Positions 39,793 to 52,714 of a stretch of DNA of 64,000 nt are shown piece by piece. Each line of letters starts with the position of its first letter. Position 1 is the stretch's first letter. Under the pieces are notes generated by a model. It was not told where the DNA came from. It did not search any database and saw nothing but the letters and a program-made list of their open reading frames with translations. Made by a program: the position numbers and the translations under genes. The stretch comes from Octopus sinensis (Eukaryota): positions 12,338,001 through 12,402,000 of the forward strand of contig NC_042998.1 of NCBI RefSeq assembly GCF_006345805.1. Direction: 5' to 3'.

Positions 39793-40040
39793 GGAGGCGC
39801 GTGGCTTAGTGGTTAGGGTGTCAGCATCATGATCGTAAGATTGTGGTTTCGATTCCTGGACCGGGCAACGCGTTGTGTTCTTTAGCAAAACACTTCATTT
39901 CACGTTGCTCCAGTTCACTCAGCTGGCAAATATGAGTAACGCTGCGATGGACTGGCGTCCCATCAAGCTGGGGAACACATACGCCATGGAAACCGGTAAA
40001 CCGGGCCCATGAGCCTGGCTAGGCTTTAAAAAGGGCGCAT
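39793..40040 (+). mobile_element. tRNA-derived SINE related to family C with a different 3' half (Nin/Deu-like domain)
   Basis: tRNA-like head, then GCTGCGATGGACTGGCGTCCCATC...GGAAACCGG. The domain name is from memory and unverified. Confidence 0.7.
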
Positions 40041-40807
40041 GTATTATGCATGTATATCGACTCTACCAAAGTCTCCACCTATTATTGATATTTTAACTAT
40101 ACTAATAATATTCCTGATATTATCCTTCTTTTCACTGATACTCTTTAGTTTTCTTACTTAGTCAACAGCTTACTTGATGAGAGAAGCGAAAGAAATATTT
40201 CTCCACCTAATTGCATTCTATTATATGACAGTGTAAAAATAAATATGCTAAATCTTTGTCGATAATGCAGTTGAGATGATCTCTTCAATAGAACTAAACC
40301 AAACAAATTTTTTTTCACATGATCACAAGTTTGTGCTCAGTATTTATTATTATTGCTGTTGCTTTACTTTGGGCCTGTTGTAATTCACGGATATTTACTT
40401 ATACTGAGAGAAACACCACAATTGCGTTAACTCTAATGCAGGAATTCTAAATCAAGAACCTATTGGTTTCAAAACACATGGCTTCCTGTACGATGCACCA
40501 AATACTTCCTGACATAGATGAAAGTATATGAAATGAAATATACTGCCTATTTAACTGTGTAATCCGATTTCCCATCAAAATGAGCTTTGTTGAGAATAAG
40601 AAGATTAGAGTATATTTCCTTCGTACACACGCAAACATAAACACATATAACTACCCCCACACACACACAGACTAATACACACACACATGCTTATAGTAAT
40701 CCTTTGGAACATTTACAAATTCTTTTACACACACATACCAATATAATATATATAATGCATAATTACATATATCTCTATATATCTATATGGATGTGTATAT
40801 ATATATA

Positions 40808-40871
<64 letters not shown>

Positions 40872-40983
40872 CGTGTGTGTGTGTGTGCATGTACATGCAT
40901 ATACATACATGTACATAAGCATGTATGAGTGAGTGTGTATGTATCTATGTATATATATATATATATATATGTACATACATACA

Positions 40984-41022
<39 letters not shown>

Positions 41023-41307
41023 TATATATATACATATATGCATATATATATATATATATGCATGTATGTATGTATGTATGTATGTATGTATGTATGCACT
41101 CCCAACGCTGTACACATACATCATAACGTCACTTACACTATGTACAAAACATGTAGGCAACAAATTTATATAAAAAAAAATGCATTATGAAAGATGACCT
41201 ACAGCCAGTCTATCAAGTACAAGTCGAAAATAACGTAGAAATTGCATGTTTATTTCGGCTGAACGCTCCGTGCACTAAATTCAGTCCACTCAACTTTTGT
41301 TTAACAG

Positions 41308-41392
41308 ATATCTATAGGATTATTGTAGATGCTCAAGTAAGATTTACTGAAATCTGCCTGCTATCTTCTTTCAACATAGGAAAACAATACAC
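41308..41392 (+). CDS. Candidate internal exon, product unknown
   Basis: Acceptor cttttgtttaacag and donor CAC|GTAAGC; open frame IYRIIVDAQVRFTEICLLSSFNIGKQY. An alternative donor lies at 41336/41337. Confidence 0.25.
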
Positions 41393-41689
41393 GTAAGCTA
41401 CGGAAAATAAGAACTGTTTTGCTATTGTTGTACGAACATCATAAAATTAGGAGGACCTGTATCACCTTCATGAATGATTGCAAATATCCTTTACCTAATA
41501 TTGAGTCTCAAAACAACCGATAAAAGCTACTTGGAAATGTTGAAATATCAATATTTATATAGAAAGGACATTATGTATGTTCGGTTATACCAGAAGTTTC
41601 AGAAGTTTTGAGATGTAAATACCATCAGTATTTTGTTTTTATATAATAGGTAAATATACTCTCAACGTTGCTGTAACTTATATTTTGAC

Positions 41690-41860
41690 TATCTGGTTAC
41701 TGTATGCGCCACCCAGAACTAGAAGTATCCAGATTAGTTTTGTGTAACCAACTTTATGGTGATATAAGAAGAGGAAAACATCGTTACACTTACATCAACA
41801 ACCTGATTGCAGACACTGGCCTGGAATGTATCCAGTACCTTGAGGCAGTTGGTTAACAGA
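41690..41860 (+). mobile_element. RTE-like C-terminal fragment
   Basis: SGYCMRHPELEVSRLVL...RRGKHRYTYINNLIADTGL. Confidence 0.6.
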
Positions 41861-42205
41861 AATCAAATGTTCGACAAACATGGCTTTTATCTCAAAGCGA
41901 GGTTTCCTTCCCATTTAACGAAAATTTCCACATTATTTTCAACATGTCCAAGAATCAAATGAAACATCGAAACCAATAACAGAAATAGTAAAATACATAC
42001 ATTTGAGTGAGCAGTGAACAATGAATTTTTATCCTACGTTATCAGTCAAATGAAGACTGATGAAGAATACTGACTGACTTTCGGAAAGTCCTGGTATGAG
42101 ATACTAATTTAATCAAGAATTTGAAGAAATATAGTAAAACAATGAATTCTTGCCGTTATTAAGTTGATGTTTGGAATATAGTTAACCGCTACGCCATATG
42201 CCCAC

Positions 42206-42900
42206 GGGCATATGGCGTAGTAGTTAAGAGCGTGGCTACTAACCCCAAGATTCCGAGTTCGATTCCAGGCAGTGACCAGAATAATAATAATATTGATGAT
42301 AATAATAATAATAATAATAACAATAATAACAATTATTATTATTATGCCCTTATACAGTACCAGACAGTGGCTCTCATGTCTTCTGATCTTAACTAATTGG
42401 AAGTGTTATCACGTACATTGTTTTGCCTTGGTATAAAAGATGGGCTACAGCAAATATTCAGCTCAATATCACAGATTTGCTTGTCAGTTGTTTGACCTTA
42501 AGCAGTTGACCATGTCCCTTAGGGCCTGACGATATGTGCATATCTGATCACGAGCAGAAGTAATGGGGGAGCATCATAGCCGTGTGTTGAAAGGAATTCT
42601 TGGAGGTTTGGATAATTCACCTTTGGAAACATGGGTGGTTCGTTCAACATCCTTAAATAATCCTTAAACAATCCTTTTGAGCGGGATTGGCTACTCGTCC
42701 TGAAGAAAAATTCTAACTGGGCCCCACCTGCAAGGTCATGCACTGTTTATCTTGATATATCAACATGTCGCGCACATATGGTTGTGATGCATGTGCCTGG
42801 TGTACCTTTATCAGACGGGTAGTCATGATGGGTATACTGGGCTTCGTATATTTTGCCCCAGTGTCACTTTGATGGCATGCACTGTTCTCTCACTCAATAA
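42206..42900 (+). mobile_element. Composite SINE-like element: tRNA-like head, internal (AAT)n, ~550-bp body, (AAT)n tail
   Basis: Head GGGCATATGGCGTAGTAGTTAAG...GAGTTCGATTCC; a partial head also occurs at ~33245. The body's connection to the head is inferred. Confidence 0.55.
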
Positions 42901-43186
42901 TAATAATATTTATAGGCAGCAATGTACGACGTTGTAGCTACCACACCTAGTAGGGACATAACTTCGTGATGTCATTTTCGGTTTTACTTCTATAGATTCT
43001 ACATCAATTGTCATATCTATGTGGTTTGCTTGCATCTCTACCTCTTCTGTGCATCAGATATGCTGTTGTTATTTCATGTTTCTGAATTACGAAAGCGTGC
43101 TTTTCAAAGTGAGGGCTAATATTTTAGATACTGGCTTGAAGTAGATTACTCTGGTTATTTACAATGCTGATCTTCAGTTTTTCCAG

Positions 43187-43221
43187 CAGCACCACAATGC
43201 ATGATATTCTGCTTATAAACT
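43187..43221 (+). CDS. Candidate 35-nt micro-exon
   Basis: ttcagtttttccag|CAG...AAACT|GTGAGT; open frame STTMHDILLIN. Confidence 0.15.
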
Positions 43222-43341
43222 GTGAGTCCTACTAGTGTCTTGTTACTCTACCTCAAAATCAGAACATCACTGATGCTTCTGAATACGGTCCAAGTAGCTC
43301 TTTTCCATTTGAAGAATAAGGAGAACCTTGAAAGCATCGGA

Positions 43342-44799
43342 TCGCTACGTTCTGAGTTCAAATTCCACCGAGGTCTACTTTGCCTTTCATCCTTTCGGGG
43401 TCGATTAAATTAGTACCAGTTACGCACTGGGTTCGATATAATCGTCTTAATCCGTTTGTCTGTCCTTGTTTGTCCTCTCTGTGTTTATCCCCTCGTGGGT
43501 AGTAAAGAAATATGTATTTTGTCTGCCGTTACGTTCTAATTTCAAATTCCGCCGAGGTCTACTTTGCCTTTCATTTTTCGGGGTCGATAAAGTAAGTACC
43601 AGTTACGCACTAGGGTCGATATAATCAACTTGATCCGTTTGCCTGTCCTTGTTTGTCCTCTCTGTGTTTAGCCCCTCGTGGGTAGTAAAGAAATAGGTAT
43701 TTCGTCTGCCGTTACGTTCTGAGTTCAAATTCCGCCGAGGTCGACTTTGCCTTTCCTCTTTTCGGGGTCGATAAATTAAGTACCAGTTACGCACCGGGGT
43801 CACTATAATCGACTTAATCCGTTTGTCTGTCCTTGTTTGTCCTCTTGGTGTTTAGCCCCTCGTGGGCAGTAAAGAAATAGGTATTTTGTCTACCGCTACG
43901 TTCCGAGTTCAAATTCCGCCGAGGTCGACTTTGCCTTTCATCCTTTCGGGGTCGATAAATTAAGTACCAGTTACGCACTGGGTTCGATATAATCGTCTTA
44001 ATCCGTTTGTCTGTCCTTGTTTGTCCTCTCTGTGTTTATCCCCTCGTGGGTAGTAAAGAAATATGTATTTTGTCTGCCGTTACGTTCTAATTTCAAATTC
44101 CGCCGAGGTCTACTTTGCCTTTCATCTTTTCGGGGTCGATAAAGTAAGTACCAGTTACGCACTGGGGTCGATATAATCAACTTGATCCGTTTGCCTGTCC
44201 TTGTTTGTCCTCTCTGTGTTTAGCCCCTCGTGGGTAGTAAAGAAATAGGTATTTCGTCTGCCGTTACGTTCTGAGTTCAAATTCCGCCGAGGTCGACTTT
44301 GCCTTTCCTCTTTTCGGGGTCGATAAATTAAGTACCAGTTACGCACCGGGGTCACTATAATCGACTTAATCCGTTTGTCTGTCCTTGTTTGTCCTCTTGG
44401 TGTTTAGCCCCTCGTGGGCAGTAAAGAAATAGGTATTTTGTCTACCGCTACGTTCCGAGTTCAAATTCCGCCGAGGTCGACTTTGCCTTTCATCCTTTCG
44501 GGGTCGATAAATTAAGTACCAGTTACGCACTGGAGTCGATATAATCGACTTAATATGTTTGTCCGTCCTTGTTTGTCCTCTCTGTGTTTAGCCCCTAGTG
44601 GGTAGTAAAGCAATAGGTATTTCTTCTGCCGTTAGGTTCTGAGTTCAAATTCCGCCGAGGTCGACTTTGCCTTTCATCTTTTCGGGGTCGATAAATTAGG
44701 TACCAGTTACGCACTGGGGTCGATATAATCGACTTAATCCGTTTGTCTGTCCTTGTTTGTCCCCTCTGTGTTTAGCCCCTAAGGGGTAGTAAAGAAATA
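43342..44799 (+). repeat. Tandem array of eight ~184-bp head-less SINE-A units
   Basis: Units start at about 43342 (truncated), 43513, 43696, 43880, 44064, 44248, 44432 and 44616. Confidence 0.95.
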
Positions 44800-45046
44800 G
44801 GATATAATGCTTGAAGTTATTTGTTATAACTATTTGTGATTCGTGTTTAAATAACGCAAAGATCAATTTTGCTTTTCGTCTTTTCAAAATCAATAAAAAG
44901 TACCAATGAAGGACGATTGATTAGCGGATCAGTAAGAGTGTCTCAGTAGACCGCTGCAATATTTGTTCTGGCTTTTTACATTCTGAGTTCAAATGCTATC
45001 ACCGCTCTCTTGAAAGTGGTGGGGTGAAGTTGACTGAACATGTCAC

Positions 45047-45203
45047 CTGGATTAGAGCATCACTACATGGCTTCTTGATTGACTTTAGTGGCGACCACTC
45101 TGTATAATAATTAGTGACAGGCATCTTGTCTAATGATACCGCCCATAATCTTTCTACCACTTGTCTCAGAGTTGCTGTGGAGACATAGCCACTGCCATCT
45201 CCC
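45047..45203 (-). CDS. Candidate 157-nt coding exon with an EF-hand-loop-like start
   Basis: Pyrimidine-rich acceptor ...ctttttaactttctggtcag and donor CCAG|GTGACA; open frame [52 protein letters not shown]; no repeat family recognised here. Confidence 0.4.
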
Positions 45204-45296
45204 CTGACCAGAAAGTTAAAAAGGGTTAAAAATATGCATAGAATACGTACATAAACACACACACACACAAAAGATTTTATGAATGCATCCATGTAC

Positions 45297-45441
<145 letters not shown>

Positions 45442-46011
45442 TATAGATATATATATATACATATTTATATATTTATATACGACCTGTGTACGCGCAGCGA
45501 ACAAATGTATTTGTTTATGCATGCAAGTTTGTATGCATTCATTTATATTCGTATATTTGCATGAAAGCACGCAATATACACAAAGTTATTTAGGCATGTG
45601 TATACACGCATGATAGCATGAATACAGTCCTATAATTAGAAAAAATATAACCATGAATAAAACATTTGTTTAATGGCCAGCTAAAGGATAAAAGTCTTAA
45701 ACGAAGCTAAATGCTATACAGCTGTCATATTAACCCTGATCAAGTGTCATAGATTGTATTGTGTATGCCAATAAATTTTTCTATAATGTTCATACAAATG
45801 AATCTCGAGATAGAATTGTATGGCAGGTTAAAATTAATTGTTTTGTTTGTGAATGAGGAGACAGTAGGCTAATATATGGCTTTCTTTGTTCGATGGAGGT
45901 CAAAATATATCAACAGATATTTTAGCAATGGTGATCTGGCCTGTGTGATTGTAATGGTTATATTACTTTCCCCACTTTCAGAATAAATTCATTAATACGT
46001 TGTTTTCTTAG

Positions 46012-46156
46012 TACAAACTTGCGAAGACACAGTTCTCTTCTGTTTGGAATTGATACATGCAACCGTGAAAATTATTGCCCTTCGATTAAGCGAAATGGTG
46101 TTCACCAATTATGCACTGCAACATTATTCCCACAAATGGAAGACTTCGAACTAAAG
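46012..46156 (+). CDS. Candidate 145-nt exon, product unknown
   Basis: Acceptor ttgttttcttag and donor AAG|GTTAAT; one fully open frame (TNLRRHSSLLFGIDTCNRENYCPSIKRNG...) and a second frame closed only by a terminal stop. Confidence 0.25.
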
Positions 46157-46536
46157 GTTAATTGTTATGACAAATCTTCCTTCCGCAAAATAAACGACTT
46201 TTTACTAGCTTTGAATAAAGTTTAAATTTGGTATTAAGTGCCAATATATATAATTTCCACTCGCACTGAAATCATTATCAAACACAAGGCATTTCAATCA
46301 TTGATCGTAATACCTTATGTAAGCATTCCTTTGCTGAAATTGCTTATCTTTGAATTTATTTTCTAAAGACTCATCATTTCTTTAAATGATTCTCCTTATT
46401 TGACACTCTTAGTATCTACACGTTCAATGATAAACTTCCTTAATTACCTGCTTGGTCTTAATTATTTCAGGTTCATTTATGTTAATGATTAAGCCCAAAT
46501 TATTGTGTATTTTGTCCGACTTTACTTTCTTATACA

Positions 46537-46732
46537 CTTTTACTTGTTTCAGTCATTTGACTGCGGCCATGCTGGAGCACCACCTTTAGTGGAGCAAATC
46601 GACCCCAGAACTTATTCTTTGTAAGCCAAGTACTTAATCTATCGACCGCTTTTGCCGAACCGCTAAGTTACGAGGACATAAACACACCAGCATCGGTTGT
46701 CAAGCGATGTTGGAGGGCCAAACACAGACACT

Positions 46733-46777
<45 letters not shown>

Positions 46778-46829
46778 AAACACACATACACAAACACACA
46801 CACCACACACACACACAAACACACACACA

Positions 46830-46865
<36 letters not shown>

Positions 46866-47046
46866 AACACATATATATATATACGACGGGTTTCTTTCAG
46901 TTTCCGTCTACCAAATCCACTCACAAGGCATTGGTCGGCTCGCGGCTATAGTAAAAGACACCTGCCCAAGGTGCCACACAGTGGGAATGAACCCAGAACC
47001 ATGTGATTGGTAAGCAAGCTACTTACCACACAGCCACTCTTGCGCC
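46537..47046 (-). mobile_element. SINE family B copy with expanded internal (CA)n
   Basis: Same flanking halves as the other copies. Confidence 0.9.
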
Positions 47047-47676
47047 TGTGTAACATTGTTTTTCTTTTTTGGTGTTCTTTTTCTCAGCAAAGCAATAGCC
47101 TTAGTTTATTTCAAATCTTCCGAAAAATTTTCTTAAAACCATTCAATTCCTTTTCTTGCATCTCCCATTGTCTCCGTAAAAAGTAGTTTAATACAACAGC
47201 AAAAAAGAAAGGCGGTAGAACATACCTCTCTATCCCCCCTCCCCCACCATGTCAAAGTTCAAATTAGATAGCGATTTGACTGAATATATTTACTCAACAT
47301 TTACTTCTTCGTTACATCGCAGCTTATAGACTGTCCTGCTTTGCTCAGCCTGTTAAAAACAAGCCAAATTTCTAATATACCATATCCCATCGTCTCAGTA
47401 ACTAACCTATTCTTTTCAGTATGTTATTTCTAGGGTCTCTGCACACCGGTAAAAAACGAGTTTACTACCGCTGGTTTGTCATGCTTGATCGGAAACTAAA
47501 CGACAAAATAACATCACTATCCTTCAAATCATACGAACGTAGTAGATGCCCAGTTCTTATCCTATGTACATGATCAAATTGTTTTTGGAAATGTACAGGT
47601 GCCAATATCAAGAGCTGCCTAAATTTGATGTTATGTTGTATAATATTTTGTGGTAATATTCTTGTGCGCTATAACT

Positions 47677-48087
47677 GCGAGCTGGCAGAAACGTTAGCAC
47701 GCCGGACGAAATGCTTAGCGGTATTTCGTCTGCCGTTACGTTCTGAGTTCAAATTCCGCCGAGGCCGACTTTGCCTTTCATCCTTTCGGGGTCGATTAAG
47801 TAAGTACCAGTTACGCACTGGGGTCGATATAATCGACTTAATCCGTCTGTCAGTCCTTATTTGTCCCCTCTGTGTTTACCACGTTGTGGGTAGTAAAGAA
47901 ATATGTATTTCGTCTGCCGTTACGTTCTGAGTTCAAATTCCGTCGAGGTCGACTTTGCCTTTCCTCCTTTCGGGGTCGATAAATTAAGTACCAGTTACAC
48001 ACTGGGGTCGATGTAATCGACTTAATCCGTTTGTCTGTCCTTGTTTTTCCCCTCTGTGTTTAGCGCCTTGTGGGTAGTAAAGAAATA
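47677..48087 (+). mobile_element. SINE family A dimer
   Basis: Junction GAAATA|TGTATTTC at 47903/47904; the second unit is 184 bp. Confidence 0.9.
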
Positions 48088-48094
48088 TATAACT

Positions 48095-49250
48095 GCGCAT
48101 ATACCAAATATCTGCTTGCCCATCACTTAGTATACTTTTGAAAGTAATATGTATCCTATTTAGGATAACCGAATTCAATGTTTTGGCTGCTATAAGGCTT
48201 TGGATTATACATTTCCAATTGCTACACCTTCGGAGATACCCCTTTTCCAAATGCAGTCACACCACCTATCTTCCAATATTCAGGTGTTCAATATTCCATA
48301 TATAACAAAACATCAATAATGTTCCGACAGTCAAGTGCTTATCTCATTTTAACATTTCGGTTGTAATTCCATATAATCCAGTAGCCTTTCCGTTGTGTAT
48401 TTGCTCGATTGCGCCTCAAATATTTCATGTACAGTCTCTTCCAACCTCGCTTGTCTTTCAGAAATTATCAGAGAATTTCTACCATTAAAAGCCCTTGTTC
48501 ATAACTGTATTGAAAGATTCTTTGGATCTTTGATTGATGATTCTATCAGATATAATTAGTTTCCCATCAATACCGGAACAGGTAGTCATTTTCATCTCTT
48601 TACATTACCTGAAATCTCATTTATTATTTCATATCATTTTCTGATTCCACTACTATTTCCTGCATTGAGTAATTTATCCGCTCCGCGAGCCTTCACTTCA
48701 GAAGGATTTAATTTTATCTCTTCTTGACCACCTTTTCACCCCTGTGTTGAAACTTCAATATTTAGCTACTACCTGTTTAATGTCCATCTTAGTCTCACAC
48801 CAAGTTTCAACAATTTCTTGTTATTCAATTCGTGCCTCAATAACTCCCAATGTTTCATCCGAAATCCATTCGGGTTGTATCTTTCTTCTTCCCAGAACAT
48901 CTGAGGCTACATTCTGGTAAACATCCTTTACATTTCTCAACGCACCATTGATTTCTACATCATCTTCCTCTGTAACATCAAGTAGTACAAATTGATTTCG
49001 ATATTAATTTTCAAATTTATCATTAAGTCACCCTTCAACTTTTCCAGTATTAAACCTAGTAATCACTTCCTTCTCTTCTTCAGCCTTCAGTATTAAATGA
49101 ATTGTACCTGTTTCTAACCGATAGTCACTTCAAGTATCGGCATCTCGATATATTCTAACTTCAAGCTTTGATTTCAACATTAGAGATTTATCAAAATACG
49201 ATTCATTTGAATGAGATACTTTAACATGGGGGTGTCTAAGTATATACATG
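48095..49250 (-). mobile_element. Decayed RTE-like LINE fragment (linker and start of RT)
   Basis: EKGYLRRCSNWKCI...AKTLNSVILNRI...ILSDGQA resembles KKGDxxxCxNWRGIxL...ILNRI...EQAGF. Confidence 0.6.
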
Positions 49251-49659
49251 AACATCATTGTGTTTAACAAAAGTACTTCTGAAATACTGCAGAGAAGCCG
49301 ATCAATTTTACATCAGTTTCGTATGTATACCATCCCATGTACACTGGCCCCTAAATGTCGTTGCATATGCCAGTCTTCACAGATCACCAACCAAACCATC
49401 AATTCTCTATTTTAACAACTTGGAAGCATACTTATTCTCTTCATATATTGTATTCTTCGTGGGTGTGTAAAAAAACAATAACGTTCATATTGAATTCCTT
49501 GGTTTTATATTTCACTAAAGAATTCTAATGTCAGCTAAAGGTTTCCATTCAGATGATATTAAAGAAAGATTGTATTTCAGAGCATGTCAACACTATAGGT
49601 GTCCCATAGTGCATTCTTATACAGAAATATCAAAGAGTAATAATCTGAGCCCTAATAAG

Positions 49660-49985
<326 letters not shown>

Positions 49986-50559
49986 ACTGCTTGTCTGTAT
50001 GTCTGTCTGTCCGTCTCTCTGCCTCTCTCTCTCTCTCTATCCATCTACACACTAATAGAATTGTAATGCTATGAAGGTGGTGTTGAATATTGTCAGAATT
50101 TAGCAGTAGTTGAAGAGTTATGAGATGCTTTTGGTTAGAAAATCCCACAAATATAGATTATGATATTATGAAGCGGCTCAACAACAAATGTTTCAGAACG
50201 TTACACATCACTAACAAAAGCGTCAGCCTTATCAAGTTTGAACCAAAATGTAATAGGTATTATGGCCTGACAAAAATATATGTTCAAGAAAATTTATGAT
50301 GCACTAAAATCTAAAGCCCAAATGTGAATGTGTCGGATTGCTGCAACTAAAAGGTCTCAAGTTTAGCCAGTGCGGCACGTCCTAATCACCATCTAAGGGA
50401 TCGACATTATTTTGAAAGCGCTTTGCACCTACATACTGACTATCGTTCGAGATGGCTTTTGACTTCCCTTCTCATTTACTCAAAAGAACAGAACAAAATT
50501 TGTCATGGGTTAATTTTGATGTCGTAAGTCCCTATAAGAATATCCCTCATGATTCAGGA

Positions 50560-51003
50560 ATATAATAATGTGCCGAAAAACATACAGAGGGAATTTCTAG
50601 TAGACTTATTCTGGAAACTTTTAGTTGCTTGCCTGGTGCAGAGGTTGCAGGCCGCTTTTCGAGTCATACTCTTAGCTCCAATATTAGCGGTTGGGAGGCA
50701 GTTGCCGGGAACCGTGCAGAATGGCGACGTACCGTAAAAGAGGGAATACAAAGGAGTAGCAGAGAGAGAGAGGAGAAATGGAAAGAAAGGAAGAGACGTC
50801 AACAAGAGACTATGGCACTACAACCAGCCAGGAACAGTCTTCGCTACATTTGCGGTACCTGCCAGAGGGAGTGTTTGTCCAGGATAGGACTACACAGCCA
50901 CAGCAGGAAATGTATCAGGACATGAAATATAAAAGCCGGACTAGACTACTTTGTGCGCAACTCCATTGTCTCCCGAGACAGAAAGGATGCCAACCAACCA
51001 ACC
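50560..51003 (+). mobile_element. RTE (BovB-like) 3' fragment
   Basis: WEAVAGNRAEWRRTVKEG...YICGTCQRECLSRIGLHSHSRKC; tail ...GATGCC(AACC)n. Confidence 0.8.
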
Positions 51004-52478
51004 AATATTCTGGAAAATTCATATTCGGTGATGTTAGTCTTATTCTGGAGAATTGCATATTATTCTTCTATGGGAAACACTATCTACAGATATTGTAATG
51101 GGGACCAAATACATGAAATGCTACAGGGTATGCGCACTCTGTATTGGGATACTTGGAATAAAAGCTGTTTCAATACACTTCAATACATAGAAATACTGAT
51201 TTTATATGTAGCGGGCTCATCGAAAGATTTGATGATTGATTTTTAATTTAATCGTAACTTGCAGATACAGAATGCACTCTGGTGTCGCCCGGGTCGCTGA
51301 TAAAAAATAACACCACGACCAACTGGTATTGCAATACATGACTCTGATGAGGAAAATTTGATTTGAAATTCTATCAATTAGTGAACACGTTGTGCATCCT
51401 GACCAATGAAGGGATAGCACCGTGGGTAGACTCATGTGTGTATGTGACCTTAATTTTCCCTCACATAGATGCACGGTTTTGTCTTCACTGAAGTTATTAG
51501 GTCAGACATCTGTGTTCCATCGCACCATCCGCGTTATAGTACGCGTTCATCCACTGTTAAACATAGGGCGATGGCAGGAAAATTCTTACGAACTTTGCGG
51601 TTTATGGAATGAACAATAGGCATGAATATATACTAATAATAATAAGAAAATTTGCATAAATTAGGATTAGGGTTAGGGTTATGGTTGAATGAATAGAACA
51701 AGTTTAAAGGCTAAAAAAACTAGAAAGGTTTTTAGTTATTGCTTCACGTCTTTATCACATTTGAACAAATATAGGCTTTTACTGTGCTTAATCCTTGGGG
51801 ACATGTTATTGAATTTAAACCCAAGAGCGCTCGTTTGGAATTCCTGAGTCTTTTGCTACCAAGAAAATCTACATGGATAAATTGTTTTTGGTCGTAGTGC
51901 CGGAAGCGATCACAATTATGCCAGAAACACGGTTCCTTGGTTAATTCTCTGTTGAAAAATAGTGCTTTGTGCAAAGAAATGGTATGTGTGTGTGTATGCA
52001 TATACATATATGTATGCATGCGCGCATGTTTGTAAGTCTGTATGCACTCTGCACATACGTGTCTATGTATGTGTGTGTATACATATATATATATGTATGC
52101 ATATGTGCACGTTTGTATGTATGTATTTTGCATATTCATGTGCGTGTGTATTCCTGTTTGTGCGTTTGTGTGTTTATGTTTGTATTTGCGTTAATGTTTG
52201 TGCATTTGTATGTATGTGTGCGTGTGTGCGTGTGTATTTGTGTGTGTACCTCTGCCTTCTTGTATGTGCATGTATGTGTGAGTGTGTCTGTGTATGGGTT
52301 TGTGTGACTATGTATGCGCGTCTGTTATGTGTCGATGTGTTGTCTCCGTATGTGTTCTTGTGTGATGTGTGCGTGTGTGTATATGGTTATATGTTTCAGT
52401 CTTCATCTGTATACATGTATGTATGTGTGCATGTGTGTGTATGTATGTGTACATATGTGTGTGTGTGTGTGCGTGTCT

Positions 52479-52563
52479 GTCTGTCCGTATTACCTACATA
52501 TGTACAATGATTTGCATATTTATATATATGTATGATAAATACGTCTCTCTTTCTCTCCCTCCC

Positions 52564-52595
<32 letters not shown>

Positions 52596-52714
52596 ATATT
52601 ATATATATATATTATATGTATATATATATATATTTAGGGGAGAAAGAGAGACGTATTTATCATACATATATAAATATGCAAATAATTGTACATATGTAGG
52701 TAATACGGACAGAC
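52479..52714. repeat. Fold-back inverted duplication (~80-bp arms) centred on (TA)n
   Basis: 52479-52560 is nearly the reverse complement of 52636-52714. Confidence 0.9.

Noticed and set aside
40319-40450. 43-aa signal-peptide-like ORF (MITSLCSVFIIIAVALLWACC...)
   Set aside because: Short, with no good donor; hydrophobic ORFs arise easily in T-rich DNA.
42055-42100. CTGATGA cores at 42058, 51344, 54594 and (minus) ~28267, ~54805
   Set aside because: They lack a properly placed stem II-GAAA-stem III; the expected chance matches.
43342-44799. CRISPR-like regular array
   Set aside because: The units are whole 184-bp SINE bodies with no unique spacers, there are no cas genes, and the context is eukaryotic.
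51660-51690. Interstitial telomere (TTAGGG)
   Set aside because: Only about two perfect units; too short to call.
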